DNA of 48,287 bases from Candidatus Zixiibacteriota bacterium (lineage in GTDB: Bacteria > RBG-13-66-14 > B26-G2 > WVWN01): positions 1-48,287 of the forward strand of contig JASFLY010000022.1 in assembly GCA_050117845.1 (NCBI GenBank). The letters run 5' to 3'. The notes under the pieces were generated by a model. The model saw only the letters and a program-made list of their open reading frames with translations. It searched no databases and was not told the DNA's origin. The first letter of the stretch is position 1. Every line of letters begins with the position of its first letter. Of this stretch, positions 17,568-26,451 are shown piece after piece. Both the position numbers and the translations under genes were made by a program.

Positions 17568-18308
17568 ATGACCCGGAGAACCGTATCAATTATAATTATC
17601 ACCTTGGCGCTGCTGGCGGCGCTCGCGTGTTCTCCCGGCGGTAAAGGCGACGGCGCGAAAACGGGTAACGACGACATCGGCCGCGGCGAGTCCGGCGCCG
17701 GCGACGACGCCAAACCCTCCCCGGACGAATATGTCGTTTACGTCGAGAAGTCGAGTCTGCGTAACAAGGCCGGGGCCGAGGGTGACGTCGTCGCTCTCCT
17801 AACCCGCGGCGACCCGGTGACATACGTGAAGGGAGACGTTTGGATCGCGGAGACGGCCGGTTCGCCCTCCGACCCCTGGTTCAACGTCGAGACCAACGGC
17901 GGGAAGGGCTGGGTCGCCGGCCGTTGGGTCGTTTCCCGGGAACTCTACGAGGATTACCGGCGCGCCGACGAACTCGGCAAGGCGGGCAAGGCCGACGAGA
18001 TGCTGGAGGAGCTGGCCAACGTAACGATAGCCAGGGAGGTCCCGGGCTCGCCGCCGGAGTCCAACGTCCACGTATCGCCGGACCACCGCAAGGCCGTGTG
18101 CTGGGCCGGATTCTCGGAGGGGGAAGGCGACGAGGCCGTCGTGTGCCCCCATTTATATTTCGAGGCGGGGAAAGGGCTGGCCGACGTATTTTACGGTTTA
18201 ACCCCCGAAAGCTGGAGCGACGATTCCCGGTACCTTCACTTTAGCACTACCGTCAAACCCGTATTCTACGATACGAGTTCGGGCCGGTTACTATACGGAG
18301 AGGATTAA
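17568..18308 (+). CDS. SH3b-like domain lipoprotein, array paralog 2 (C-terminally short)
   Basis: Lipobox ALAC; WFNVETNGGKGWV; ADELGKAG, VSPDH, LYFEAGKGL, WSDDSRY. Confidence 0.8.
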   Translation: MTRRTVSIIIITLALLAALACSPGGKGDGAKTGNDDIGRGESGAGDDAKPSPDEYVVYVEKSSLRNKAGAEGDVVALLTRGDPVTYVKGDVWIAETAGSPSDPWFNVETNGGKGWVAGRWVVSRELYEDYRRADELGKAGKADEMLEELANVTIAREVPGSPPESNVHVSPDHRKAVCWAGFSEGEGDEAVVCPHLYFEAGKGLADVFYGLTPESWSDDSRYLHFSTTVKPVFYDTSSGRLLYGED

Positions 18309-18324
18309 CACCGAGGTAGCGGTT

Positions 18325-19260
18325 ATGAAGGGGATAATTGCGGGATTGTTATTGGCGGTCCTGGCCTGCCAGGCGACGGGGGCGGCCCAATCTATCGTGT
18401 ACCACGATTACCACGTCGTATACGTCGAACAACTGAATATGCGTGCGGCCCCCGGGACCTCGGCGGACGTCGTCGCCGTCCTCGGCGAGGGGACGCGCGT
18501 TGACGAGTCTACCAGCAAAGGCGTCGAGGCCGACGGGTATCATTGGGTCCACGTCCGGGTGGATGGTAAAGAAGGTTGGCTCGCTAACAGGTTCATCGTC
18601 CCGGTCGAGATATACGAGGCGACGCGTAGGGCCGACGAGCTGGGCCGGAGCGGCGACGCCGCGGCGATGGTCGCCGAAATAAAGCGGGTGGCGGCGGAAC
18701 GCGGTACGGCCGAGGAGGTGTCGGTCTCGCCGGACGGTAAGAAGATGTTGTGTCGCCTCCTCGCGGATCCCGACTCCAGGGCTTTAGGGACGGACTTATA
18801 CTTCGCCGCCGGCCGGGGATTAGTCGAAAAGGTTGCGGAAAGCCTGTTCTTCGGAAACGTTAAATGGTCGGCCGACAGCCAATACTTCGTCCGGGCGGGC
18901 AACGTCGTCATTAAATACAGCCTCCATATCTACGACGCCGAACGTTGCGAAGTTGTCTTCGAAGGCGCGTCGTACCATGATAACTTCGAGTTCGTGGACG
19001 GTTACCTTGTCGTCCTCACGACCGAACCTTCCGACGTCGTAAAGGAAGCCGAACTCCCGGCGATGTACTGCGTTAGCCTGCCGGCCGCCAAGATGAGTAA
19101 GGTGCTGGAGGCCGACGCCGGCGACGCCCGCGGCGAAGGCCTCGGGCCCCGAGAGTACCGCTTGCGCCCCGTAGGGAAGGCGCCGGAGGCCGTCGCTTCC
19201 TCTTCCCTCTACCGCAAATATTTAAACAATTACGCGCCGAGTTACGTCTCCGAGGCTTAA
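18325..19260 (+). CDS. Exported SH3b-like domain protein, array paralog 3
   Basis: LNMRAAPGTSADVV...WVHVRVDGKEGWL; ADELGRSGDA, VSPDG, LYFAAGRGL, WSADSQY. Confidence 0.85.
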   Translation: MKGIIAGLLLAVLACQATGAAQSIVYHDYHVVYVEQLNMRAAPGTSADVVAVLGEGTRVDESTSKGVEADGYHWVHVRVDGKEGWLANRFIVPVEIYEATRRADELGRSGDAAAMVAEIKRVAAERGTAEEVSVSPDGKKMLCRLLADPDSRALGTDLYFAAGRGLVEKVAESLFFGNVKWSADSQYFVRAGNVVIKYSLHIYDAERCEVVFEGASYHDNFEFVDGYLVVLTTEPSDVVKEAELPAMYCVSLPAAKMSKVLEADAGDARGEGLGPREYRLRPVGKAPEAVASSSLYRKYLNNYAPSYVSEA

Positions 19261-19288
19261 TCGTTACGAAAGGGAAAAGGCCGGTTTT

Positions 19289-20221
19289 ATGAAGATGAAA
19301 ATAATAACGATAGTCCTCGCGGCTGCGGCCGTGGCGGCGTTGCTGCCGGCCGGTACGTTTGCGGACAACGGCGGCCTGGTAGTCTACGTTGACGCGTTGA
19401 ACATGCGCGCGGAGCCAGGGACCTCGGCGGACGTCGTGGCGGAGTTGCCGCGGGGGACTTCCCTCATCGCTTCAATCGACGACGGCAAAACCGTCGACGG
19501 TTGCTACTGGATACCGGTCAAGGCGGGTAGTAAAAGCGGATGGGTAGTCGCCGAGTACACCGTTCCCGAGGACGCGTTCGACGCGTTGGCCGAGGCAGAC
19601 GCCGCCGGCCGGGTCGGCGACGCGGGCCGAATGATGAAGGAGATTCGTCTCGCGTGCGAGGGGAGCGAGTGGGGCGATTACCGGTTGGACGTGTCGCCGG
19701 ACGGCCGGAAGGTCGTATGCGCGGCTTTCGGGCCGGCGCTCTACTTCGAAGCGGGGAAAGGCCTGGCGTATAACCTGGGCGATACCTGGAGCGGCGGCGG
19801 CACGAGCGAGTGGTCCGCCGACTCGCGCTACCTTGGCTACTACGTCTTGCCGGAAATAAGGTCGGCGGTAATACTCTACGATACGGCGAAGGCGGAAGTC
19901 GTGGCCGTCGTCGACGTCGCGTCGTCGTACGCTTTCGTCCCGGGATATATGGTCTGGCTCGGGACCGAGGAGGTCGAACCCCCGGCCGGCGGCCCCGACT
20001 ATGACGGCCGCCTCCCGGCCGTTATGGCGTGGGACCTCGCCGCCGCCGAAGAGCTGCGTCTCCTCGCCGTCGACTCGTCAACCGGCCGAGAGGGGGACGG
20101 GGGTTACGAGGTCAAGGTCGTCGAGGTCGGCGACGCGCCGCCGGCGGTGGCCGAATCCCGGATTTATAAAGCTTACCGGGGGAAGTACGTGGCGTGGGAG
20201 TTCGAACCGTACGACGAGTAA
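19289..20221 (+). CDS. Exported SH3b-like domain protein, array paralog 4
   Basis: LNMRAEPGTSADVV...WIPVKAGSKSGWV; ADAAGRVGDA, VSPDG, LYFEAGKGL, WSADSRY. Confidence 0.85.
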   Translation: MKMKIITIVLAAAAVAALLPAGTFADNGGLVVYVDALNMRAEPGTSADVVAELPRGTSLIASIDDGKTVDGCYWIPVKAGSKSGWVVAEYTVPEDAFDALAEADAAGRVGDAGRMMKEIRLACEGSEWGDYRLDVSPDGRKVVCAAFGPALYFEAGKGLAYNLGDTWSGGGTSEWSADSRYLGYYVLPEIRSAVILYDTAKAEVVAVVDVASSYAFVPGYMVWLGTEEVEPPAGGPDYDGRLPAVMAWDLAAAEELRLLAVDSSTGREGDGGYEVKVVEVGDAPPAVAESRIYKAYRGKYVAWEFEPYDE

Positions 20222-20245
20222 CGGCAACCTACGAGAGAGGACTCT

Positions 20246-20824
20246 ATGCGTAACCGTTTACTATTCTGGGTTGTTTTATTGACGAGCGCTTCGGCCGCCT
20301 TCGCCGGGTTCAACGGTACGCCGGCCGATATGAACATTTACGTCACCAGTTGCCAGGGCATCCCGTACGACGGGGCCCGGGCCGTACTCGTCGGCGAGGC
20401 CGTGGCCGAGGACCTTGGAGACGGCAGCTACCGTCTTGACGGTGTATACCCTGGGCCGCATCGCCTCCTGGTTTATGATACTATGGGCGAGGTATACGAT
20501 TCGCCCTTCACGACGAACGCGGCGGTGTCGCGGGTCGATATGGAGGTAATCATATGCCTCTGTATCGAGACGCAGTGCACGCCCGTAAAGGGCCGCGTCG
20601 AGAACGACGCTGGGAAGGCAGCCTCCGGGGCCCGCGTAGCTGTGGAGGACCTCTTCCTCGAGACGACGGCGGACAAGAAGGGCCGCTACGAACTCGTCCT
20701 TCCGCCGGGCGAGTGGGAGATCCACGCCACCGGAAGAGGCTTGGACGTTGCCAAAACAATTATGCTGCCCGTGCCGCCGGAGCCGGGGGACGACGTGGAG
20801 CCGGTGGAGTTAAACCTTCCTTGA
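20246..20824 (+). CDS. Exported carboxypeptidase-regulatory-like (beta-sandwich) domain protein, paralog A
   Basis: Signal peptide; VKGRVEND...GARV...TTADKKGRYEL.LPPGEWEI; CQG and CLC motifs. Confidence 0.75.
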   Translation: MRNRLLFWVVLLTSASAAFAGFNGTPADMNIYVTSCQGIPYDGARAVLVGEAVAEDLGDGSYRLDGVYPGPHRLLVYDTMGEVYDSPFTTNAAVSRVDMEVIICLCIETQCTPVKGRVENDAGKAASGARVAVEDLFLETTADKKGRYELVLPPGEWEIHATGRGLDVAKTIMLPVPPEPGDDVEPVELNLP

Positions 20825-20846
20825 CTTTTGGATCGGGAGTGCGGGA

Positions 20847-21470
20847 ATGAATTCGTTGCGGTTGTCGAACCCGAGGCTTAGGCCGTGGCCGACGGCCGCG
20901 GTCGTGTGGGCGCTCCTCTTGGCCCCGGCCGCGTTCGCCGACTACAACGGCCCGACGGCCGAATTAACCGTAAACGTCACCGGTTGCCAGGGCCACCCGC
21001 TCGAGGGCGTACGAGTCCTCTTGGTCGGCGAGCAGTTGGGAAAGAAATTAGGGGGAGGCCGGTATCGGCTCGAGGGCGTATCGCCGGACGTACACCGCCT
21101 TATGGTCTACGGCGATTGCGGCGACGTCTACGACGACGCGTACGTTCCGGCGGTAATATCGTCCGCGGCGAACCTCGACGTTATGCTATGCTTGTGTATT
21201 AATACGCGGTTGACGCGCGTAACCGGTACGGTGCGGGACGAAAACGACGTCCCTATCGAGCGCGCCGACGTGGCGGTTTCCGATCTCTTCCTCTCCACGA
21301 CTACCGACGCGAAGGGGCGTTACGAACTCAAGCTCCCCCCCGGCACGTGGGAGATTACGGCTCGGCCCGTTTATACCGATATGGAGGGCTGCGCCTCGAT
21401 AACGCTCGAGAAACCGGGCGACGAGGTCGAGGAGATGCCGATCGTAGGGTTGGATATAAAAGTAGAATAG
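20847..21470 (+). CDS. Exported carboxypeptidase-regulatory-like domain protein, paralog B
   Basis: VTGTVRDEND.PI..ADV...TTTDAKGRYEL.LPPGTWEI; CQG and CLC motifs; colinear with 20246..20824. Confidence 0.75.
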   Translation: MNSLRLSNPRLRPWPTAAVVWALLLAPAAFADYNGPTAELTVNVTGCQGHPLEGVRVLLVGEQLGKKLGGGRYRLEGVSPDVHRLMVYGDCGDVYDDAYVPAVISSAANLDVMLCLCINTRLTRVTGTVRDENDVPIERADVAVSDLFLSTTTDAKGRYELKLPPGTWEITARPVYTDMEGCASITLEKPGDEVEEMPIVGLDIKVE

Positions 21471-21478
21471 GGGCTGCG

Positions 21479-22609
21479 ATGCAATATCGGGATTTCGGTA
21501 ATTTGGATTACAAGGTAAGCGCGCTGGGCTTCGGCGCCATGCGCCTGCCGGTGGACGAGAAGGACGACGTCCGCCGGGAGGATGCGATAACGCTTATCCG
21601 CGACGGCATCGACGCCGGCATCAACTACGTCGATACCGCGCCGCTTTACAACCGCGGCCAATCGGAGGAGGTCGTGGGCGAGGCGCTCGGGGACGGCTAC
21701 CGCGAGAAGGTGTGGCTCTCGACCAAGAACCAGCGCGTCAACGACGACCCGGACGATTGGCGCCGGCGCCTCGAGGCGTCGATGCAAAAACTCCGCGTCG
21801 ATTACCTCGACATCTACCACATGTGGGGCATAAGCTGGAAGGAGTTCGAGGAGCACATCTCGATAAAGAACGGCCCGCTCGCCGCGGCCCGCAAAGCCCA
21901 GGACGACGGCCTCTTCCGGCACCTCTTCTTCTCGTTCCACGCCCCGGCGGAGGACTTGCCCAAGATCATCGATACCGGCGAGTTCGTCGGCTGCACGGTC
22001 CAGTACAATCTCATCGACCGCAGCAACGAGGCCGGCATCGCGTACGCCGCCGAGAAGGGCCTCGCCGTCGTGATAATGGGCCCCGTCGCCGGCGGCCGCT
22101 TGGCCGGGCCGTCCCGCGTCTTCGAGGGGATACCCGTGGCCTCGACCAATACGCCGGAGTTGGCCATCCGCTACGTCCTCGCCAACCCGTATGTGGATTG
22201 CGCACTCTCCGGGATGACTACGGTTTTACATCTGCGGGAGAATGTCGCCGCGGCCTCGCGGCCCGAACCCCTGACGGCGGACGAACTCCGGACCGTCGAG
22301 GATAATCTGTCCGAGTACCGCAAACTCTCCGACCTGTACTGCACCGGCTGTAATTACTGCATACCCTGCCCCGAGAAGATACCCATCTCGCGGGTCCTGT
22401 CGCTGTACAACCTGGCCAGGGTGTACGATTTTACCGATAGCGCCCGGGAGTTGTACAAAGAGATAGGTCGGACCGGTTTCTTTGCCCGTCTGAATAACGC
22501 GGCCGCGTGCACGGCCTGCGGCCAGTGTATAGAGAAGTGCCCGCAGGACCTGGACATCCCGGCCGAACTCGCCAAAGCTCACGGCCTTTTGGGAAATGAG
22601 GACGACTAG
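21479..22609 (+). CDS. Aldo/keto reductase with C-terminal 4Fe-4S dicluster
   Basis: LGFGAMRLP, GINYVDTA, STK, CTGCNYCIPCP, CTACGQCIEKCPQ. Start refined to MQYRDFG at 21479. Confidence 0.92.
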   Translation: MQYRDFGNLDYKVSALGFGAMRLPVDEKDDVRREDAITLIRDGIDAGINYVDTAPLYNRGQSEEVVGEALGDGYREKVWLSTKNQRVNDDPDDWRRRLEASMQKLRVDYLDIYHMWGISWKEFEEHISIKNGPLAAARKAQDDGLFRHLFFSFHAPAEDLPKIIDTGEFVGCTVQYNLIDRSNEAGIAYAAEKGLAVVIMGPVAGGRLAGPSRVFEGIPVASTNTPELAIRYVLANPYVDCALSGMTTVLHLRENVAAASRPEPLTADELRTVEDNLSEYRKLSDLYCTGCNYCIPCPEKIPISRVLSLYNLARVYDFTDSARELYKEIGRTGFFARLNNAAACTACGQCIEKCPQDLDIPAELAKAHGLLGNEDD

Positions 22610-23552
22610 TTCCGCCGACAAGGCCAATCTTGGCGTTACCCGTCTGGCCGTCATCTCCAACGCCGTACTGACGATAGGGAAAGTCGTCGCCGGCGTTATG
22701 ATGTCCTCAGCCGCCGTACTGGCGGAGGGCTTCCATTCCGGCGTGGACCTTCTGGCCGCGCTCATGGCGTTCTGGGCGGTGCGCAAGGCCCGCCAGCCGG
22801 CGGACGGCGACCATGCCTTCGGCCACGGCAAGTACGACGCGCTGTCGGGGGCCGTGGAGGGCCTATTGATTTTTGCGGCGGCGTTCTTTATAATCGCCGA
22901 GGCCGTCCGGAAGATAATCGTCGGGGGCGAGGTCGAGCAGTTCGGCGTGGGGGTTTTGGTGATGGCTGCTTCGGCCGCGATGAACTTTTTCGTGTCGAGC
23001 CGCTTGTTCGCCGTCGCCCGCCGTACGGGCTCGGTCGCCGTGGAGGCCGACGGCCACCACCTCCGCACCGACGTCTGGACGTCCCTCGGCGTGTTGGCCG
23101 GAATAGTCCTGATCCGCTTCACGGGGATACATATTCTCGACCCCATCGCGGCTATCGTCGTGGCGGCGCTCATCCTCGTCACGGCGTGGCGAATAACGCG
23201 GAAAGCCTGCCGCGACCTCCTGGACCGGCGGTTGCCGCCCGAAGAGGAACGGCGCATCGCGGAGATCGTAAAGGACGGCCACCCCCACTGGCTCGAGTTC
23301 CACAATCTCCGTACCCGGCGCGCCGGCGGCCAGCGCCATATAGACCTTCACCTCGTCACATGCCGGGATATGCCCGTCGAGGTGGCGCACCGCCTGACCG
23401 AGGATCTGGAGGACGACATCCGCCGGGAATTCCCGGGCGCCGTAATCCTGACGCACGTGGAAGCGTGCGAACGGCCCGAAGAGGAATGCGACGACGCCTG
23501 CCCCATGTACGAAGTTAAAAGGCAATTTGCCCGCCCCGCCGCGGAGGCATAA
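22596..23552 (+). CDS. Cation diffusion facilitator family transporter (FieF-like)
   Basis: HSGVD and HLRTD metal sites, HAFGHGK, C-terminal dimerisation domain (THVE) and Cys-containing tail. Confidence 0.93.
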   Translation: MRTTSSADKANLGVTRLAVISNAVLTIGKVVAGVMMSSAAVLAEGFHSGVDLLAALMAFWAVRKARQPADGDHAFGHGKYDALSGAVEGLLIFAAAFFIIAEAVRKIIVGGEVEQFGVGVLVMAASAAMNFFVSSRLFAVARRTGSVAVEADGHHLRTDVWTSLGVLAGIVLIRFTGIHILDPIAAIVVAALILVTAWRITRKACRDLLDRRLPPEEERRIAEIVKDGHPHWLEFHNLRTRRAGGQRHIDLHLVTCRDMPVEVAHRLTEDLEDDIRREFPGAVILTHVEACERPEEECDDACPMYEVKRQFARPAAEA

Positions 23553-25154
23553 ATGACCGTTCCCGATTATCAGGTATTCGCCCGGCGCTTCCGGCCCCTC
23601 ACCTTCGACCAGGTCGTGGGGCAGGAGGCCGTTACGCGTACGCTGGCCAACGCCGTCGCCGGCGGCCGCGTGGCCCAGGCCTACCTCTTCGCCGGCCCGC
23701 GCGGCGTGGGGAAGACCTCCATCGCCCGTATTCTGGCCAAGGCGCTCAACTGCTCCCGGGGCCCGACGGTGACGCCCTGCGGAGAGTGCGACAACTGCCG
23801 GACGATAGCCGCCGGGAACGATACCGACGTCCTCGAGATCGACGGCGCCTCCAACCGCGGCATCGACGACGTGCGCGAACTCCGCGAGCGCGTGCGGTTC
23901 GCGCCCGGCCACAGCCCGTATAAAATCTATATAATCGACGAAGTCCACATGCTGACGCAGGAGGCGTTCAACGCCCTCCTCAAGACGCTCGAAGAGCCGC
24001 CCTCCCACGTCATCTTTATCTTCGCGACCACCCGACTCGACAAGGTCCCGACGACTATAGTGTCCCGGTGCCAGCGCTTCATCTTCCGCCGCATCGGCAC
24101 CTCGTCGATTGAGGATAAACTATCGGGCATAGCCGCGCAGGAGGGCCTCACCGTCGACGACCGGGCGCTGTCTCTCATTAGCCGCCGGGCGGCGGGTAGC
24201 ATGCGCGACGCGGAGTCGCTCTTCGATCAGGTAATCGCCTTCGCCGGAGAGGAAGTTACGGCCCGGGACGTGGAACAGACGCTGGGTCTGGTAGCCGGGG
24301 AGGCGGTCGAGGGATTGGCCGGGGCGGTACTCGCCGGGGACGGCGCCGCCGGCCTCCGGGCGGTCGACGCCCTCGTGCGGGACGGTGCGGACCTGGCGCA
24401 GGCGGCGCAGCAGACGGTGGAATACCTGCGCGACCTGCTGGTATTGGCCGCGGCCCCTGAGGACCCTAGCCTGGTCGACGCGGCGGGGGAGGAGCGCGAG
24501 AAGCTCCGCGCCCTCGCGGCAGAGTACTCGCCGGCCACGCTGTTGAACCTCATCAACGTCTTCCTGGACGCCACCGGCCCCATGACGCGTGTCCTGTCAC
24601 CCCGCCTGGTATTGGAATACGCGGTCCTCAAGGCGGCCCGTATCCGTAAACTACTACCGGTCGAGAAACTGCTCGAGATGGCGGGGGACGAGGAATTCGA
24701 GATGCCCCCGCCCCCGGCGGTGGAGCCGGCGGCCGAGGGCGAAGCCGCCGCGGCCCCCGCGCCGGAGAGGCCGAAGAGCCTGACGGAAACCTGGCAACGT
24801 GTCCTAGCCGAACTGACCCGGTCGGACCGGGCGCTGCACGCGTTACTCGCGCCGGCTCGGCTTATCTCGTTCGACGGGGACGAGTTCCGGCTGGGATTCC
24901 CGGAGAAGTACCGGGTGAGCGCGGAGAAAATGAACGAGGCCCACCGGCGGGAAGCCTTCGGCGAAGCCGTAAAGGCGGCCGTAGGCAGGCCGGTAACAGT
25001 GAAAGTCGAAGTCGAGGCCGGGGCGCCGGAAGCGGCCGCGCCGGCCGATACGTTGTTCGAAGACATGCCCCTCGTAGCCGAGATCCAGGAACGGTACGGC
25101 GCCGAGGTGGTGGATGAGAAGGAAGTTAAGGCCCAGGGCGAACAGGACCCATAG
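23553..25154 (+). CDS. dnaX: DNA polymerase III subunit gamma/tau
   Basis: RFRP..F..VVGQ, GPRGVGKT, Cys zinc motif, DEVHML, LLKTLEEPP, SRCQ, GSMRDA. Confidence 0.98.
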   Translation: MTVPDYQVFARRFRPLTFDQVVGQEAVTRTLANAVAGGRVAQAYLFAGPRGVGKTSIARILAKALNCSRGPTVTPCGECDNCRTIAAGNDTDVLEIDGASNRGIDDVRELRERVRFAPGHSPYKIYIIDEVHMLTQEAFNALLKTLEEPPSHVIFIFATTRLDKVPTTIVSRCQRFIFRRIGTSSIEDKLSGIAAQEGLTVDDRALSLISRRAAGSMRDAESLFDQVIAFAGEEVTARDVEQTLGLVAGEAVEGLAGAVLAGDGAAGLRAVDALVRDGADLAQAAQQTVEYLRDLLVLAAAPEDPSLVDAAGEEREKLRALAAEYSPATLLNLINVFLDATGPMTRVLSPRLVLEYAVLKAARIRKLLPVEKLLEMAGDEEFEMPPPPAVEPAAEGEAAAAPAPERPKSLTETWQRVLAELTRSDRALHALLAPARLISFDGDEFRLGFPEKYRVSAEKMNEAHRREAFGEAVKAAVGRPVTVKVEVEAGAPEAAAPADTLFEDMPLVAEIQERYGAEVVDEKEVKAQGEQDP

Positions 25155-25183
25155 CGATTCGGCCGCCCGGGCGGAGGTAAAGC

Positions 25184-25528
25184 ATGTTCGGTAATTTGGG
25201 AAACCTTACCCAGCTTTTGCGCCAGGCGAAGGACGTGCAACGCAAGCTGGGCGAGGTCCAGCAGAAGTTGGCCGGTATGAGAGTGGAAGCGAGTTCGGGC
25301 GGCGGGATGGTAACGGTCGTCGCTAACGGCCACCAGGAAATACTATCCGTTAAAATCGACCCGTCCGTGGTTAAGGCCGAAGAAGTCGAACTACTGGAGG
25401 AGCTCGTCCTGGCCGCGGTCAACGCGGCGAAGAAAAAGGCCGAAGCGCTGGCCCGGGACGAGATGTCCGGCATTACCCGCGGTATGGATTTGCCGGAAGG
25501 TTTCGACCTTCCGGATATAAGCCCCTGA
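25184..25528 (+). CDS. ybaB: YbaB/EbfC nucleoid-associated protein
   Basis: SGGGMVTV..NG, LEELVLAAVNAA; follows dnaX. Confidence 0.95.
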   Translation: MFGNLGNLTQLLRQAKDVQRKLGEVQQKLAGMRVEASSGGGMVTVVANGHQEILSVKIDPSVVKAEEVELLEELVLAAVNAAKKKAEALARDEMSGITRGMDLPEGFDLPDISP

Positions 25529-25551
25529 CGCGATTATTGAGAGTCCGCTTC

Positions 25552-25580
25552 CGAAAGGGCCCCGGTGACGGGCCCTTTCG
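25552..25580. terminator. Hairpin between convergent ybaB and hydrolase genes
   Basis: CGAAAGGGCCC-N7-GGGCCCTTTCG. Confidence 0.65.
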
Positions 25581-26369
25581 CTATTTGACCCGGGCGGCGA
25601 GCCAGGAGGCCAGCGTGTCCTCGAACGAGGGTTCGGCTTCGAAAATGCGGGTGCCGTGGCCGGCATTATTGAACAGCTTGAACTCGGCTCCGCCCGCCAC
25701 CTCGTGGAGTTTGCCGATCGATTCCGCGGCGTAAGTATCTTCCTCGCTCGCGACGAGGTAGGCCGGCCGGCCGCCGTACGCGGCCATGGCGTCGAGCGTC
25801 TTCACGCCGTGGTAGTCGAGGCCCGGCGACAGCAGGACAACGGCCCGAACGTCCTCGTCCCCGGCGGCGTGGATGATAGCGAAGTTCGCGCCGATGGAAG
25901 CGCCTATAATGACCAGCCGGGACGTATCCGCGCCCCGTTCGGCCAGAAAGGCCTTGGCGGCGGCGACGTCCTCCACCGACGATCGGTGGTCGTCGTCCGA
26001 GAAGTCCTGGTACTTCCGGGTCTTCCCGTCGTGTTGCAGGCTCTCGCCGTGGCCGCGCGAATCTATAGCCAGGACGTTGAACCCGGCGCCGGCCAACCGG
26101 GCGCCGAAGTCGTCGTACGAGCGGCGGTCGGCGGGCAGCATGTGTAACAGGATGGCGGCCGGGTCCCCGGCTCTCCCGGCCCGGTAGGTCCCGACGATCT
26201 CCCATCCGTCCGAAGTCGCGAACTTCACCGTCTCCGCGCCGCTTTCCCCCTCGGCCGTTTCCGCGGGTTCGGCGTCGTCGCTAACTTCCTCGGCGCTCTC
26301 TTTGGCCTGACATCCGGAGAAGACTACCATCGTACTCAGCGCCATAATCAGAACGGCTAACATCTTCAT
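25581..26369 (-). CDS. Alpha/beta hydrolase lipoprotein
   Basis: Lipobox FSGC; DSRGHGES, GASIG nucleophile elbow, SEED, GHGT. Confidence 0.88.
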   Translation of the reverse strand: MKMLAVLIMALSTMVVFSGCQAKESAEEVSDDAEPAETAEGESGAETVKFATSDGWEIVGTYRAGRAGDPAAILLHMLPADRRSYDDFGARLAGAGFNVLAIDSRGHGESLQHDGKTRKYQDFSDDDHRSSVEDVAAAKAFLAERGADTSRLVIIGASIGANFAIIHAAGDEDVRAVVLLSPGLDYHGVKTLDAMAAYGGRPAYLVASEEDTYAAESIGKLHEVAGGAEFKLFNNAGHGTRIFEAEPSFEDTLASWLAARVK

Positions 26370-26421
26370 GGCGGCCCTCCTTGAGTGGGGCCCCGCGGCC
26401 CCCCTTTGGTATAAGGATATA

Positions 26422-26451
26422 TTGACGGCGGTTTTTCCTCTGTGTTATTAT
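26422..26451 (+). promoter_or_regulatory. Putative promoter for deoC operon
   Basis: TTGACG-N18-TATTAT with TG extension. Confidence 0.55.

Noticed and set aside
16360..21478. SH3 array as an integron cassette array or CRISPR
   Set aside because: Intergenic gaps of 16-35 nt are too short for attC sites, there is no integrase, and there are no regular repeat-spacer units.
23500..23553. SRP RNA or tRNA often found upstream of dnaX
   Set aside because: The CDF stop codon directly abuts the dnaX ATG, leaving no room.
23553..25154. Programmed frameshift in dnaX (gamma/tau)
   Set aside because: No A6G or long A-run slippery site seen; single open frame.
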